64,000 nt of DNA from Longimicrobiales bacterium (GTDB lineage: Bacteria > Gemmatimonadota > Gemmatimonadetes > Longimicrobiales > Gaopeijiaceae). The position numbers and the translations under genes were made by a program. Positions 9,719 to 19,441 of the stretch are shown piece by piece (the stretch's first letter is position 1; every line of letters starts with the position of its first letter). Where the stretch lies: contig JAWLHJ010000004.1 in assembly GCA_041690395.1 (NCBI GenBank), positions 561,365 to 625,364 on the forward strand. The letters run 5' to 3'. The notes under the pieces were generated by a model, which worked only from the letters and a program-made list of their open reading frames with translations, did not search any database and was not told the origin of the DNA.

Positions 9719-10516
9719 CTACCCGATCTCTTCCAGCTTGTCCCGCGCGATCAGGGCGATCGCGGTGTCGGGGTACGTATTCACGATCCGCTGGAGGAGC
9801 TCCCGCGCTTCGTCGACGTCACCCGTCTCGATGTGAAGGAGCGCCATGCGATACAGCGCGTCCGGCACCCGTGACGACGAAGGGAAGCGCGCCTGGACCT
9901 CCGAGAAGGCTTCCAGCGCCGCCTCGGAGTCGCCCTCCTGGACCAGGATGTCCGCCAGGAAGAAGTACGCGTCTGGCGTCCGGGCGTGGTTGGGGTACTC
10001 CTCCACGAACTGCCTGAACGCACGCTGCGCGGTGCTCAGCGATCCCCGCGACAGCTGCTGGGACGCGGCCTGCCAGAGTTGCTCCGCATCGGAGCCTCCG
10101 CCGCCCATCCCGGGCACTCCCTCGTTGCCGCCCGGCGTCGCGCCTCCTCCGGAAGGCGCGGTCTGCGTGCCGCCTCGCGCCATCTGATCACGCAGCATGG
10201 CGATGCCGCGCTGATTCTCACCCGTGAGGGCGCGCATCTGCCCGAGCTCGTCCCGCACCTCGCGCAGGAGGCGAAGCACGTCACCGCGGAAGTCGAACAG
10301 CTGCCCGGACTGGGTGCGCAGCGTGTCCTGGGTCATCGCGGTCGCCATGCGCAGCTCCGTGATGAGCGAATCCTGCCTGACCGTCAGGGTACGGATCTCA
10401 CCCTGGAGGTCCCGGATGTCGCTCTTCATGGCGCAACCGCCGAGCGTGGAGACGGCGGCCACCGCCAGGAAGGCGCGGGCCGCCGTGGAGCGTCTCTTTC
10501 GTGTCATGTTCGACAT
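9719..10516 (-). CDS. cpoB: Tol-Pal associated protein CpoB/YbgF (lipoprotein)
   Basis: Lipobox TLGG-C, coiled coil, C-terminal TPRs; immediately downstream of pal. Confidence 0.85.
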   Translation of the reverse strand: MSNMTRKRRSTAARAFLAVAAVSTLGGCAMKSDIRDLQGEIRTLTVRQDSLITELRMATAMTQDTLRTQSGQLFDFRGDVLRLLREVRDELGQMRALTGENQRGIAMLRDQMARGGTQTAPSGGGATPGGNEGVPGMGGGGSDAEQLWQAASQQLSRGSLSTAQRAFRQFVEEYPNHARTPDAYFFLADILVQEGDSEAALEAFSEVQARFPSSSRVPDALYRMALLHIETGDVDEARELLQRIVNTYPDTAIALIARDKLEEIG

Positions 10517-10571
10517 TGGGTCCCTCCCCCGGTGTGGTGTCCGGGGGAGGGAACCCGCAAGGGTCGTACCG

Positions 10572-11168
10572 TTAGTTGGCCGGATTGATCGCGTTCGCGC
10601 CGGCGGTGATCACGAACTCACCACGCCGGTTCTGCGACCAGGCCTGCTCGTTCGAGCCCGTCGCGATCGGACGGCCCTCGCCGAACGACACCGTCTCGAA
10701 ACGGTTGGCGGCCAGACCGAAGTCCGTCAGGAACTCACGGATCGCCTCAGCCCGGCGGTTGCCCAGCGCGAGGTTGTACTCGGTGGAGCCACGCTCGTCG
10801 GCATGTCCCTCGATGCGGATGCGCACCTGCGGGCTGGCCTGGAGGATCGCGGCCTTCTGCCGGAGCAGTGCCTCTGCGGCCGGCTCGATGTCCGACTCGT
10901 CGTAGTCGAAGAACACGCGGGCCTCGAGGGTCTCGCGGGCGCTGGCGACGGCACGAGCGCGCGCTGCTGCGGCGGCGCTGTCGGCGGCCGCGCGAGCGGC
11001 GGCTTCCGCGGCGGCGCGCTGGGCGGCGGCGACGGAGTCACGGTAGCGCTGGAGCGAGTCCTGATCGGGGGCCGGCGGGGCCGGCGGCGGCGGCGGCGGG
11101 TCGCCGCCGCAGGAACCTGCGACGAACGTGGCGACCAGAACCGTCAAGACAAAGCGGCGGACGATCAT
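10572..11168 (-). CDS. pal: Peptidoglycan-associated lipoprotein Pal
   Basis: Lipobox VAGS-C; VFFDYD, IEGHADERGSTEYNLALGNRRA, NRRGEF. Confidence 0.95.
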   Translation of the reverse strand: MIVRRFVLTVLVATFVAGSCGGDPPPPPPAPPAPDQDSLQRYRDSVAAAQRAAAEAAARAAADSAAAAARARAVASARETLEARVFFDYDESDIEPAAEALLRQKAAILQASPQVRIRIEGHADERGSTEYNLALGNRRAEAIREFLTDFGLAANRFETVSFGEGRPIATGSNEQAWSQNRRGEFVITAGANAINPAN

Positions 11169-11339
11169 CCGAACTCCCGGGTTGAACCTGTGGTGTGTTG
11201 AGCGGTGCCCGCCGTTCGGCCAGGCGACGCAACGAAGGTAACCACCTTTTCCGGTGGCGAAAGCCCTCTTGCATATATGCCGAAAGTGGCTGGAATGCAA
11301 CACTTTCAGAACGCGTCCGGCCGGGGTGGGCCCCGGCCC

Positions 11340-12704
11340 TCAGCGGAGCGCCGGCGACCAATCCGGAACGCCCACCCTCCGGCCCGACATCAGCGCCCGG
11401 ATCCGGCCCGTGGCCGCATCCACCACGAAGAGTCCGTACCCCCAGCTGCGCTCCCCGACGAACACGAGGTGCCGTCCGTCGGGGGCCCAGCTCGGGTCCT
11501 CGTTGTTCCCCTCCGAGGTGAGCTGGCGCAGCACGCGTCCCCCGTCCTCGAGGTTGGCGACCAGGATGTGGTAGCGGCCACGCTCGATCCGTCCGTGGAA
11601 CGCCACCCGGTCGCCGTGCGGCGCCCAATCCGGCGACGTGTAGTATCCGCCGCTGCCGTACTGGTAGGGCGAGAGGGTCTCTGCCTCACCGCCCTGCGCG
11701 GGCATCAGCATGATCTGCGGCACGGCGTCGCCGAAGCGGAGCGTGTTGAACGCCAGCCAACGCCCGTCCGGCGAGTAGGTGGGCGACAGGTCGTACCACT
11801 GCCCGCCCGACAGGTACGTCAGGCAGCAGTCGCGCGCGATGTCGTACGTGAAGATGCCACTCTGTCCGCCACGGCCGAGCACGGAGAAGGCGAGCGTCCG
11901 CCCGTCGGGGTGGTACGCCGGCGTGATGTAGTCACCCGCCCCTCGCACTTCCGGGATCATGGTGCGCGAGCCCGTCGCGAGCTCCGTCTCGAAGATCCGC
12001 GGCTGGCCGTTGGCCCACGACGCGTAGGCGATCTTGCGCCCGTCGGGCGACCAGGTGGGGGACTCCACGAGGCTCGCCTCGTCGGTGACCCGCCTCAGGT
12101 TCTCCCCGTCCGAGTCGATGATGTAGATGTCCTTGTTGTTGTTCTGGTCGGTCATCGTGAACGAGATCCGGCTCGCCGCCATCCCGGGCTCTCCGGTGAT
12201 CCACTCGACGATCCGGTCCGACACCCGGTGCACGGCCATCCGGAAGTCGGGGTCGGCGGCGGTCGGGAGCATGAAGCGCTCGGTCTCACTCACGCCCCCG
12301 TAGACGACGTCGTGGACCGAGAGCACGAGCACGAAGCCCTCCCCCGCCCCCTCGACCCGCCCGTCGACCAGCCAGTCGGCGCCGAGGCGGTCCCAGAGCG
12401 CGTAGTCGACCGCGTCGTCCATCATTCCGTCGGGGAGCTGGTCGATGACGTTGAACCGATCGGAGTTCCGGAGATCGCGCCCGATGATGGCCTCCACGTC
12501 GGGGGCCACGCCGGCGCCCCCGAAGCTGCCCGAGAACGGCTTGACGGCGAGAGCCGGCTGGTACGCCGTCTCGTAGACGAGTCCGAGACTGACGCCGGGA
12601 ATCTGGTCGGGCTCCTGCGCGGCCGACCGCGTGGGGAAGACGAGCGTCGCCGCGAGGGCGAGCCCCACGAGCGTCCAGTGGGTCACTTTCCATGCTCTCT
12701 TCAC
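11340..12704 (-). CDS. tolB: TolB beta-propeller protein
   Basis: DLRNSDRF N-domain; repeated PD40 motifs (SPTWSPDG, SPTYSPDG, DPSWAPDG); probable GTG start at 12704. Confidence 0.92.
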   Translation of the reverse strand: MKRAWKVTHWTLVGLALAATLVFPTRSAAQEPDQIPGVSLGLVYETAYQPALAVKPFSGSFGGAGVAPDVEAIIGRDLRNSDRFNVIDQLPDGMMDDAVDYALWDRLGADWLVDGRVEGAGEGFVLVLSVHDVVYGGVSETERFMLPTAADPDFRMAVHRVSDRIVEWITGEPGMAASRISFTMTDQNNNKDIYIIDSDGENLRRVTDEASLVESPTWSPDGRKIAYASWANGQPRIFETELATGSRTMIPEVRGAGDYITPAYHPDGRTLAFSVLGRGGQSGIFTYDIARDCCLTYLSGGQWYDLSPTYSPDGRWLAFNTLRFGDAVPQIMLMPAQGGEAETLSPYQYGSGGYYTSPDWAPHGDRVAFHGRIERGRYHILVANLEDGGRVLRQLTSEGNNEDPSWAPDGRHLVFVGERSWGYGLFVVDAATGRIRALMSGRRVGVPDWSPALR

Positions 12705-12711
12705 GCGCGTC

Positions 12712-13473
12712 TCACCTCTCCATGCCGGTCGGCCTGAAATTGAACTGAATCGGAAGCCTGTCATACGGAAGATCCTCCGGCAGGGGTCCGAAGCGCCCCT
12801 GACCGGCGCACTCGATGGCGCCCATGGCCGTGAAGTCGAACTGGGTGTTTCCCGAGCGGGTCGCGAACTCGATGTCGGTCGCGGTCCCGTCCCTCCGGAT
12901 CGCGAAGCGGATCGTCGTCTCCCAGCTGCCCGAGCCCTGCCAACGGAAGCACCGCTGGATCTGCCGGATGATGTTGTCGTAGTAGGCCGGGTAGTCCCGC
13001 CGCAGTCCTTCGAGCCGAACGTTGATGTCCTCCCCGGACTCCGTCGCGTCCTCGGTCGGCTCCTCGGTCGTGGTGGCGGGGGTCGGCTCCTCCTCCACGG
13101 GTGGCTGCGGCTCCTCGGCGGGCGTCGCCGGCTCGGGCTCGGGCTCGGGCTCTGCCTCCTCGGGCTCCGGCTCGGGCTCGGGTTCCGGTTCCGGCTCGGT
13201 CTCCTCCGGGGGAGGCGGCGTGGGCTCGGGTTCGGGCTCCGGCTCCGGCCGGGTCTCGACGGGGCGCTCGACGACCAGCTCCTCGGCGGCGACCTGTCGC
13301 ACGTCGGCCTGGGTGGTCGGCGGGGGCGACACCAGCTCGATCTCGATGGCCGCGAACTCGATCACTTCGGGCCGGTACAGCGTGCTCAACCAGCCGAGCA
13401 CGAAGATCCCGGCGTGGAGCACCAGCGACAGGGCGAACGCCCTCCGCTCCCGCGTGGCTCGGGACCGCGCCAT
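12712..13473 (-). CDS. TolA/TonB-family energy transducer
   Basis: N-terminal TM SLVLHAG, (PE)n spacer, TonB_2-type C-terminus (SGNTQFD..AMGAI..FGPLP); lies between tolR and tolB. Confidence 0.85.
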   Translation of the reverse strand: MARSRATRERRAFALSLVLHAGIFVLGWLSTLYRPEVIEFAAIEIELVSPPPTTQADVRQVAAEELVVERPVETRPEPEPEPEPTPPPPEETEPEPEPEPEPEPEEAEPEPEPEPATPAEEPQPPVEEEPTPATTTEEPTEDATESGEDINVRLEGLRRDYPAYYDNIIRQIQRCFRWQGSGSWETTIRFAIRRDGTATDIEFATRSGNTQFDFTAMGAIECAGQGRFGPLPEDLPYDRLPIQFNFRPTGMER

Positions 13474-13479
13474 GCCGTC

Positions 13480-13914
13480 CTACCTCGAGCCGCGGTACGG
13501 CTCGGCCACGACCGACCAGTTCACGCCACTGTTCACCGCGGTCGACATGGCCTTGAGCACCGGACCGTAGGGCGCCAGGGAGTCCGCACGGATGTAGATG
13601 CGCTCGACCTCCCCGACCTCCATGAGCTGGGGCAGGGTCGTCTCGAGCTCCTCGAGCGTGACCTCCGTCTCCTCCATGAAGATCCGGCCGTCGCGCATCA
13701 CCGTGATGAAGAACGGGCTCTCCTGGGACGTGATCGGCCGGACGTCCGCTCGCGGGATCGACACCTCGATCCCACCCTGCAGGATGGGCGCGGTGATGAT
13801 GAAGATCACGAGCAGCGTGAACGCCACGTCCACCAGGCTGGTGACGTTGATCTCGGCATTGATGGGCAGATCGCTCCGCCCCACGCCACGCGAGCTCCGA
13901 CCCCGTCGTGGCAT
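13480..13914 (-). CDS. tolR: TolR/ExbD biopolymer transport protein
   Basis: EINVTSLVDVAFTLLVIFIITAP; IRAD...YG. Confidence 0.9.
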   Translation of the reverse strand: MPRRGRSSRGVGRSDLPINAEINVTSLVDVAFTLLVIFIITAPILQGGIEVSIPRADVRPITSQESPFFITVMRDGRIFMEETEVTLEELETTLPQLMEVGEVERIYIRADSLAPYGPVLKAMSTAVNSGVNWSVVAEPYRGSR

Positions 13915-14636
13915 CAGACGCGCCCTTCGCGCGCCAGAGTCCCGATGAACTCGCTCGAGAAGCCCTCGAGCTCCCCGGTGACGAGGTTCAGCTTCGACAC
14001 GAAGTGGTTGTAGGCGATGACCGCGGGGATCGCGACCGCCAGGCCCGCCACGGTGGTCACCAGCGCCTCGGCCACGCCGGGCGCCACGGCCATGATGTTG
14101 CTGGAGCCGGACTGGGTGATCCCCAGGAAGGCGTTCATGACGCCGATGACGGTGCCCATGAGGCCCATCAGCGGCGACACGGACCCGACCACGGCGAGCG
14201 AACCGAGACCGTGCGCGAGCTCGTCACGCTCCTCCGCTTCTTCCTTCTCCAGCACCATACGCAGCGCTTCGAGCTGCGTGAGCGACAGACCCTGGGTCGG
14301 CGGCGCGCCCTGCCGGAGCGCTCCCGGACGCAGCTCGCTGAAGAAGTTCACGCCCTGCCGGAAGACCCTTCCGTATGGCGAATCCGGCAGCGTCAGGATC
14401 GCCTTGTACGCGTCTTCGAGCCGCTGCGCCCGCTCCATCTGCTCCAGGAAGCGGTCGCCCTCGAGGCGAACGTCCCGGAACTGGCGCCATTTCACGAAGA
14501 TCATCCACCAGGAGAAGAGCGAGAAGACGGCGAGCACGCTGAGGACGATCTTCGTGGGGAGCGTGCCCCCGACGACCATCTCGAACGCGTTCGTGGGCGG
14601 CGCAGCCTGCAGGAGGAAGAAGTACGTCGCGCTCAT
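13914..14636 (-). CDS. tolQ: TolQ/ExbB/MotA proton channel protein
   Basis: SPLMGLMGTVIGV, VAPGVAEALVTTVAGLAVAIPA; ATG 14636 overlaps the upstream stop. Confidence 0.9.
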   Translation of the reverse strand: MSATYFFLLQAAPPTNAFEMVVGGTLPTKIVLSVLAVFSLFSWWMIFVKWRQFRDVRLEGDRFLEQMERAQRLEDAYKAILTLPDSPYGRVFRQGVNFFSELRPGALRQGAPPTQGLSLTQLEALRMVLEKEEAEERDELAHGLGSLAVVGSVSPLMGLMGTVIGVMNAFLGITQSGSSNIMAVAPGVAEALVTTVAGLAVAIPAVIAYNHFVSKLNLVTGELEGFSSEFIGTLAREGRV

Positions 14637-15601
14637 GCCTTCCCGGCCCTCGTCTCTCGGATGAATTCGTACGTTTCCCGGAGCCCCTCTTCTAGCGTGA
14701 AGGCGGGGGCCCATCCCCGACTCCGCAACAGGCTCGCGTCGAGCGTGCTGTGCCGGAGCTCCCCGGGACGCTCGGACTGGTGGTCCCTGGGCTGGGACGT
14801 TCCAGCGATCCCTTCGAGCACGTCGGCGAGCTCGTTCACGCTGGTTCCCTTCCCCGTACCCACGTTGAACGCGCGCGCGTCCAGGCCCTGCTCGTCGGGC
14901 AGGTCGAGCTCCGACGCGGCCATGTTCGCCGCGACCACGTCACGCACGAAGACGTAGTCCCGTGTCTGCTTGCCGTCCCCGAACACGGTCAGACGCTCGC
15001 CGGAGAGGAGCCGGTTGCAGAAGATCGCTACTACACCCGCCTCACCATGCGGATCCTGGCGCGGTCCGAACACGTTCGAATAGCGCAGCGCGACATACTC
15101 GAGCCCACGGATGCGCCGGTAGTAGTTCAGGTAGTACTCGCCGGTGAGCTTCGTGACGCCGTACGGCGAGAGCGGAAGCTTGGGCGCGGACTCCGGCGTC
15201 GGGATCTGCTCCGGCTCGCCGTAGACCACGCCGCCGCTCGACACGTAGACGACGCGCCTCGTGCCGACCTCGATCGCCGCCTCGGTCAGGTTCAGCAGCC
15301 CCATGACGTTGATGCTGGCGTCCTTGGCGGGGTCCGAGACCGAGACACGCACGTCGATCTGCGCGGCGTGGTGATTCACGATGTCGAAGCGGACCTCCCG
15401 GAAGAGGTTCCTGATGGCCGGATCGCGGATGTCCATCTGGACGAACTCCGCACCGGCGGGCACGTTCGCGCGCTTGCCGGAGGAGAGATCGTCGACGATC
15501 CAGACGGCGTCACCGTTGGCGAGATACGCGTCGGCGACGTGGCTCCCGATGAAGCCGGCGCCGCCGGTCACCAGGACGTTTCTCTTCGAAGGGGGCGTCA
15601 T
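14633..15601 (-). CDS. galE: NAD-dependent epimerase, UDP-glucose 4-epimerase-like
   Basis: GGAGFIG, HHAAQIDVRVS, YGVTK, NVFGPRQDPHGEAGVV. Confidence 0.8.
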   Translation of the reverse strand: MTPPSKRNVLVTGGAGFIGSHVADAYLANGDAVWIVDDLSSGKRANVPAGAEFVQMDIRDPAIRNLFREVRFDIVNHHAAQIDVRVSVSDPAKDASINVMGLLNLTEAAIEVGTRRVVYVSSGGVVYGEPEQIPTPESAPKLPLSPYGVTKLTGEYYLNYYRRIRGLEYVALRYSNVFGPRQDPHGEAGVVAIFCNRLLSGERLTVFGDGKQTRDYVFVRDVVAANMAASELDLPDEQGLDARAFNVGTGKGTSVNELADVLEGIAGTSQPRDHQSERPGELRHSTLDASLLRSRGWAPAFTLEEGLRETYEFIRETRAGKA

Positions 15602-15641
15602 GACATCGATACGGAGGGTGAGGGGAGTGCGAACCTGCTAA

Positions 15642-15681
15642 GTAAACGAGAGTCCCCGCCGGCGGAAACCGGCGGGGACTC
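15642..15681 (-). terminator. Intrinsic terminator after the LysM gene
   Basis: Perfect 13-bp stem gagtccccgccgg/ccggcggggactc, followed on the minus strand by tcgtttactt. Confidence 0.75.
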
Positions 15682-15732
15682 CGTGTCCTGCGTCAGCAGC
15701 GAGCCGGCAGGGTCTCCGCTCGCCTGAAAGGG

Positions 15733-16824
15733 TCACGGCATCTGGCGAACGAGCCGGACGATGACCCCCTGACGGAAGACGTCGTCGGTCATGGCGGAAA
15801 TCCGCACGGTCGACGACGTCGGCATCACGCTCACCACCTGGAGTCGACCCCTGACCTCGGAGCTGACGACGTCACTGTAGAGGACGAACTCGTCCCCGAC
15901 GCCGATCCCGTGGTCCGTGCCCAGATCGAGGAACATGTGATGCCCCATGTCGTTCAGCTGCTGACGACCCGAGGCGCCCATGATCATCGCTTCCGACCCA
16001 CCGCTCACGTCCTGCGCGCGCGCACCCGCCGCGACCGAGTACGGAGGCAGTGGTCCGACCAGGTCACCGGCCTGGACCCGGCCGTACTCCTTCGACACCA
16101 CGGCGACCGCGGTCGTGTCACCCACCGCCGTCACCGTCAGCACGCCGGTCGGAGAGACGACCTGCCCGACCTGCGGGATCGATTTCGTGACGCGGAACGT
16201 ACGCAGCTGGTCGCCGACACGGACCGGTGAGCTCGTGTCGATGGTCACCTGGTGGAACTGCCGCATCGTCGACCCTCGATCGGTCTCGAGCGCGAAGCCC
16301 CTGAGGGTCCCGACGTGCTCCGGAGTGCCCAGGATGGGCCCTAGATACGGCGCCGAGTAGACCTGGTCGACGTCCACCGCGACGTACTCGCGGTCCAGCA
16401 TCGCGACGACCGAAGCCGTGGGCTCCTGCTGGCGATAGAAGATCGTCCGGCGGTCGGCCGGAGCGATCCCGTCGGACGGGCCTCCCGGTCCCATCCCGGG
16501 ATCGCCGCCGCCCGGCTCACCCCCGCCGGGCTGGGCGTCCGGCTGACCTCCGCCGCCCGCAGGTGGGCCCGCCGCGGTCTGATCGCGGGTCGGGGCCCCG
16601 GGTATGGTGAACACCTGACCCGGATAGATCAGGTTGGGATCGTCGATCTCGGAACGATTGGCCTCCCAGATCGTTCGCCACTCCCACGGACTGGAGTAGT
16701 ACCGCTGGGCGAGATCCCACAACGTGTCGTCATCGACGACCGTGTGAGAGCCCTGCGGCTGCTGAGCGAACGCTAAACCTGGAAGAATCAGCACGGCGAG
16801 GAACGCCGCCGCCGAGCGAACCAT
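15733..16824 (-). CDS. Secreted LysM peptidoglycan-binding protein
   Basis: Signal peptide (AFA-Q); HTVVDDDTLWDLAQRYY..IWEAN..DPNLIYPGQ; RBS gaaggag. Confidence 0.85.
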   Translation of the reverse strand: MVRSAAAFLAVLILPGLAFAQQPQGSHTVVDDDTLWDLAQRYYSSPWEWRTIWEANRSEIDDPNLIYPGQVFTIPGAPTRDQTAAGPPAGGGGQPDAQPGGGEPGGGDPGMGPGGPSDGIAPADRRTIFYRQQEPTASVVAMLDREYVAVDVDQVYSAPYLGPILGTPEHVGTLRGFALETDRGSTMRQFHQVTIDTSSPVRVGDQLRTFRVTKSIPQVGQVVSPTGVLTVTAVGDTTAVAVVSKEYGRVQAGDLVGPLPPYSVAAGARAQDVSGGSEAMIMGASGRQQLNDMGHHMFLDLGTDHGIGVGDEFVLYSDVVSSEVRGRLQVVSVMPTSSTVRISAMTDDVFRQGVIVRLVRQMP

Positions 16825-16928
16825 ATGGGCTCCTTCGGCAAGTAGGACAGGGCTTTCCGCCCGGTGGACACTGCTCGAAGATACGAGAGGCCACCATACG
16901 CGGTCAACGAGTTTTTTGCGAATTGACT

Positions 16929-17603
16929 TCAAATGTTCCCCCCGAGCTCGCAGGAGAGGGACACGTAGCGTCCCCATCCGACCACGACATGGTCGAGCAC
17001 CGGAATTCCCAGGGCCCGTCCCGCTGCACCAAGTTGCCGGGTCACGGCACGATCTTCCGGCGACGGCGCGGGATCTCCGGACGGGTGATTGTGAACCAGG
17101 ATCACCCCCGCCGCCCCTTCCGCCACCGCCGGCCTGAACACTTCCCGCGGATGGATCAGGGAGGCGTCCAGGATGCCCCGTGTTATCAGCACTTCCCGTA
17201 CCACTCTGTGGCGGGTGTTGAGCAGGAGCGCGTGGAACTCCTCCTGCGGCAGGTCCCGGAGCCTCGGACCCATACGGCGGAACACGTCGTCGGGGCCCCG
17301 GACGGGCTCGCCCGGATCGGTGGCCTCGGAGGCGGCACGCCGTCCGAGCTCGAGCGCGGCGAGGATCCGGCAGGCGGTCGCAGTCCCAATCCCCGGGACG
17401 GCTTCCAGCTCACCGACGTCGAGGGAGGCGAGCCGCGCCAGCGAGCCTTCGACCCTGGACGCCAGCCCATCGGCGACCTGGCGGGCGGACCCGCGCGCTC
17501 CACCGCTCCCGACGAGGAGGGCGAGGAGCTCACCGAGGGCCAGATGGCGTGCGCCGGCGTGACGGAGCCGCTCGCGGGGACGTTCGGAGGGTGGTGGCGT
17601 CAT
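16929..17603 (-). CDS. radC: RadC / JAB-domain protein
   Basis: RPRERL, GIG..A, HPREVF, VILVHNHPSGDPAPSPED, VLDHVVVG. Confidence 0.93.
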   Translation of the reverse strand: MTPPPSERPRERLRHAGARHLALGELLALLVGSGGARGSARQVADGLASRVEGSLARLASLDVGELEAVPGIGTATACRILAALELGRRAASEATDPGEPVRGPDDVFRRMGPRLRDLPQEEFHALLLNTRHRVVREVLITRGILDASLIHPREVFRPAVAEGAAGVILVHNHPSGDPAPSPEDRAVTRQLGAAGRALGIPVLDHVVVGWGRYVSLSCELGGNI

Positions 17604-17652
17604 GGACCAACACTGCCTCGGTGGGCCGGGCGCGGCCATGCCCGAACGGGCC

Positions 17653-18183
17653 TCAGTCCAACTCCAGCGCCATGACCCGCGCGTCCTCGCGGGGTTCCTG
17701 GTAATAGCTCCGACGGCGCCCCACCTCGCGGAAGCCGAAGCGCTCGTAGAGCCGCAGCGCCGTCTCGTTCGAGTCCCGGACCTCCAGATACAGCTTGGTC
17801 ACGCCCCTCCGCCGGGCCGCGGCCAACACCTCGTCGAGGAGCCGGGCTCCGAGGCCACGCCCCCGCAGCTCCGGCCGAACCGCGATGTTCGCCAGCTCGC
17901 CCTGGTCCAGAACGCACCAGAGCACGGCGTAGCCGAGGACTTCGGCGGCCCCGCCCGGGCTCCCGGCCCCACCCGCGTGCTCGGCCCCACCCGGGTGCTC
18001 GACCGCGCCCGCGAGCACCAGGAGCTCCAGCCCGTCCCGGTCCAGCAGCGCCTCGAAGGTGTCGGCCTGCCACGGCGTCGAGAACGCCTCGGTCTCGATG
18101 GCGACCACGGCCGGGACGTCCGCGGCGGTCATGCGCCGGACAGTCGTCCCGTCGGCGGCCCGAGCCGGGTTCCCCGCCGTCAC
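17653..18183 (-). CDS. rimI: Ribosomal protein S18 alanine N-acetyltransferase
   Basis: IETEAFSTPW, NIAVRPELRGRGLG, LEVRDSN..A..LYERFGF, RRSYY..EDA; GTGA overlap with the tsaB stop. Confidence 0.9.
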   Translation of the reverse strand: MTAGNPARAADGTTVRRMTAADVPAVVAIETEAFSTPWQADTFEALLDRDGLELLVLAGAVEHPGGAEHAGGAGSPGGAAEVLGYAVLWCVLDQGELANIAVRPELRGRGLGARLLDEVLAAARRRGVTKLYLEVRDSNETALRLYERFGFREVGRRRSYYQEPREDARVMALELD

Positions 18184-18890
18184 ACCGTCCACAGCCGCTC
18201 GGCGCTCGACGCGCGCACGTACCGCGGCTCCCAGCTCCCCGGGTCGCCGACCTCGGGGGCCGCCCCCAGGCCGGCACACCGGAGCAGTCCGGGCGCGAGC
18301 GGGAGCGCGCCGGCCTCGGCGACCACGCGATATCCGGCGTCCTCGAGGCGCGGACGATGCTTCGAGGCTCCGTCCCCGGTGAAGACCGCATCCGGCGGCA
18401 CGTCCCCCTCGAGCACGTCGTCGATGCGTCCCGCGTGCGGCGCGACGAGCTCTTCGAGGGTCCGCTCCCCCGCGCGATAACAGGCGCCGTACACCCGGTC
18501 GCCCCGCGCGTCGAAGAGCGCGTAGCGCGTGCCCGTGGCGGGCGACGACGTCGGGCCCTCCCCCAGGGCGACCAGGGCGGCGGCCGCGAGGCTCGAAGCG
18601 GGCCGAAGCGCGATGCCCGCGGACCCCGCGAGCCCCTTGGCCGTGGCCGCCGCGACGCGGACGCCCGTGAACGAGCCCGGACCCTCCCCGACGACGATCC
18701 CGTCCACGTCGCCGATCTCGAGACCGGCCTCGCGCAACACCTCGTCGATCGCCGGGAGGAGCTTCGAGGCGTGCTCGGCCCGGTCGGGCAGGATCGTCCC
18801 GGCCCGGAGCGTATCCCCGATCCCGACCGCCACGGACCCGTAGGCCCCGGACGTGTCGAAGGCGAGAAGTACGGGGTCCCGGCTCCTCAC
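18180..18890 (-). CDS. tsaB: t6A biosynthesis protein TsaB
   Basis: LLAFDTS, GEGPGSFTGVRV, DARGDRVY, EPRYVR; GTGA overlap with the tsaE stop. Confidence 0.92.
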   Translation of the reverse strand: MRSRDPVLLAFDTSGAYGSVAVGIGDTLRAGTILPDRAEHASKLLPAIDEVLREAGLEIGDVDGIVVGEGPGSFTGVRVAAATAKGLAGSAGIALRPASSLAAAALVALGEGPTSSPATGTRYALFDARGDRVYGACYRAGERTLEELVAPHAGRIDDVLEGDVPPDAVFTGDGASKHRPRLEDAGYRVVAEAGALPLAPGLLRCAGLGAAPEVGDPGSWEPRYVRASSAERLWTV

Positions 18891-19357
18891 CGCTCTCCGC
18901 TCCCGAGCGTCATGGGGAACCCGGGCAGCGTGGGCGGACGGCCGACCCGGCGCACCTCGATGTCCCGCAGCTTCCGGTTTCCGCGCGTCACGCCGAGCTC
19001 GATGCTCCAGTAGTTCGGCGGCATGAGCGGGCCGGCCTGCTCCGGCCATTCGATGAGCACGATCTCGGGCTCGGCGCCCAGGTCGGCCCACCCGAGCTCC
19101 CACACCTCGTCCGGCTCGGCGATGCGGTACAGGTCGAGGTGCACCACGGCGACTCCGGAGGGGAGCTCGTACCGGAGGAGCAGGTTGAACGTGGGCGACG
19201 GCATCGGCGTCTCGACCCCGGCGCCCTCACCGATCGCGCGGGCCAGCACGGACTTGCCCGCGCCGAGCGGCCCCTGGAGGGCGATGACCACGGGCGGCTC
19301 GACCTCGCGGCCGATGGCGCGACCCCAACGGACGAGGTCGGGCTCGCTCAGCCGCAT
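18887..19357 (-). CDS. tsaE: t6A biosynthesis ATPase TsaE
   Basis: GPLGAGKS, SPTF, HLDLYR, IEW. Confidence 0.95.
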   Translation of the reverse strand: MRLSEPDLVRWGRAIGREVEPPVVIALQGPLGAGKSVLARAIGEGAGVETPMPSPTFNLLLRYELPSGVAVVHLDLYRIAEPDEVWELGWADLGAEPEIVLIEWPEQAGPLMPPNYWSIELGVTRGNRKLRDIEVRRVGRPPTLPGFPMTLGSGER

Positions 19358-19441
19358 GCCGCGAGCGGGGTGAGGCGAAGGTCCTGGCGGAGGGTCGATA
19401 CGAACATGGCCGCAATATAATGGGCGTCAGCACGATGGGCC

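Noticed and set aside
13030..13250. (PE)n repeats in the TolA/TonB-like gene
   Set aside because: This is the expected periplasm-spanning linker of the family.
16929..17603. radC as a marker of a mobile element
   Set aside because: It is the full-length chromosomal type in a housekeeping context.
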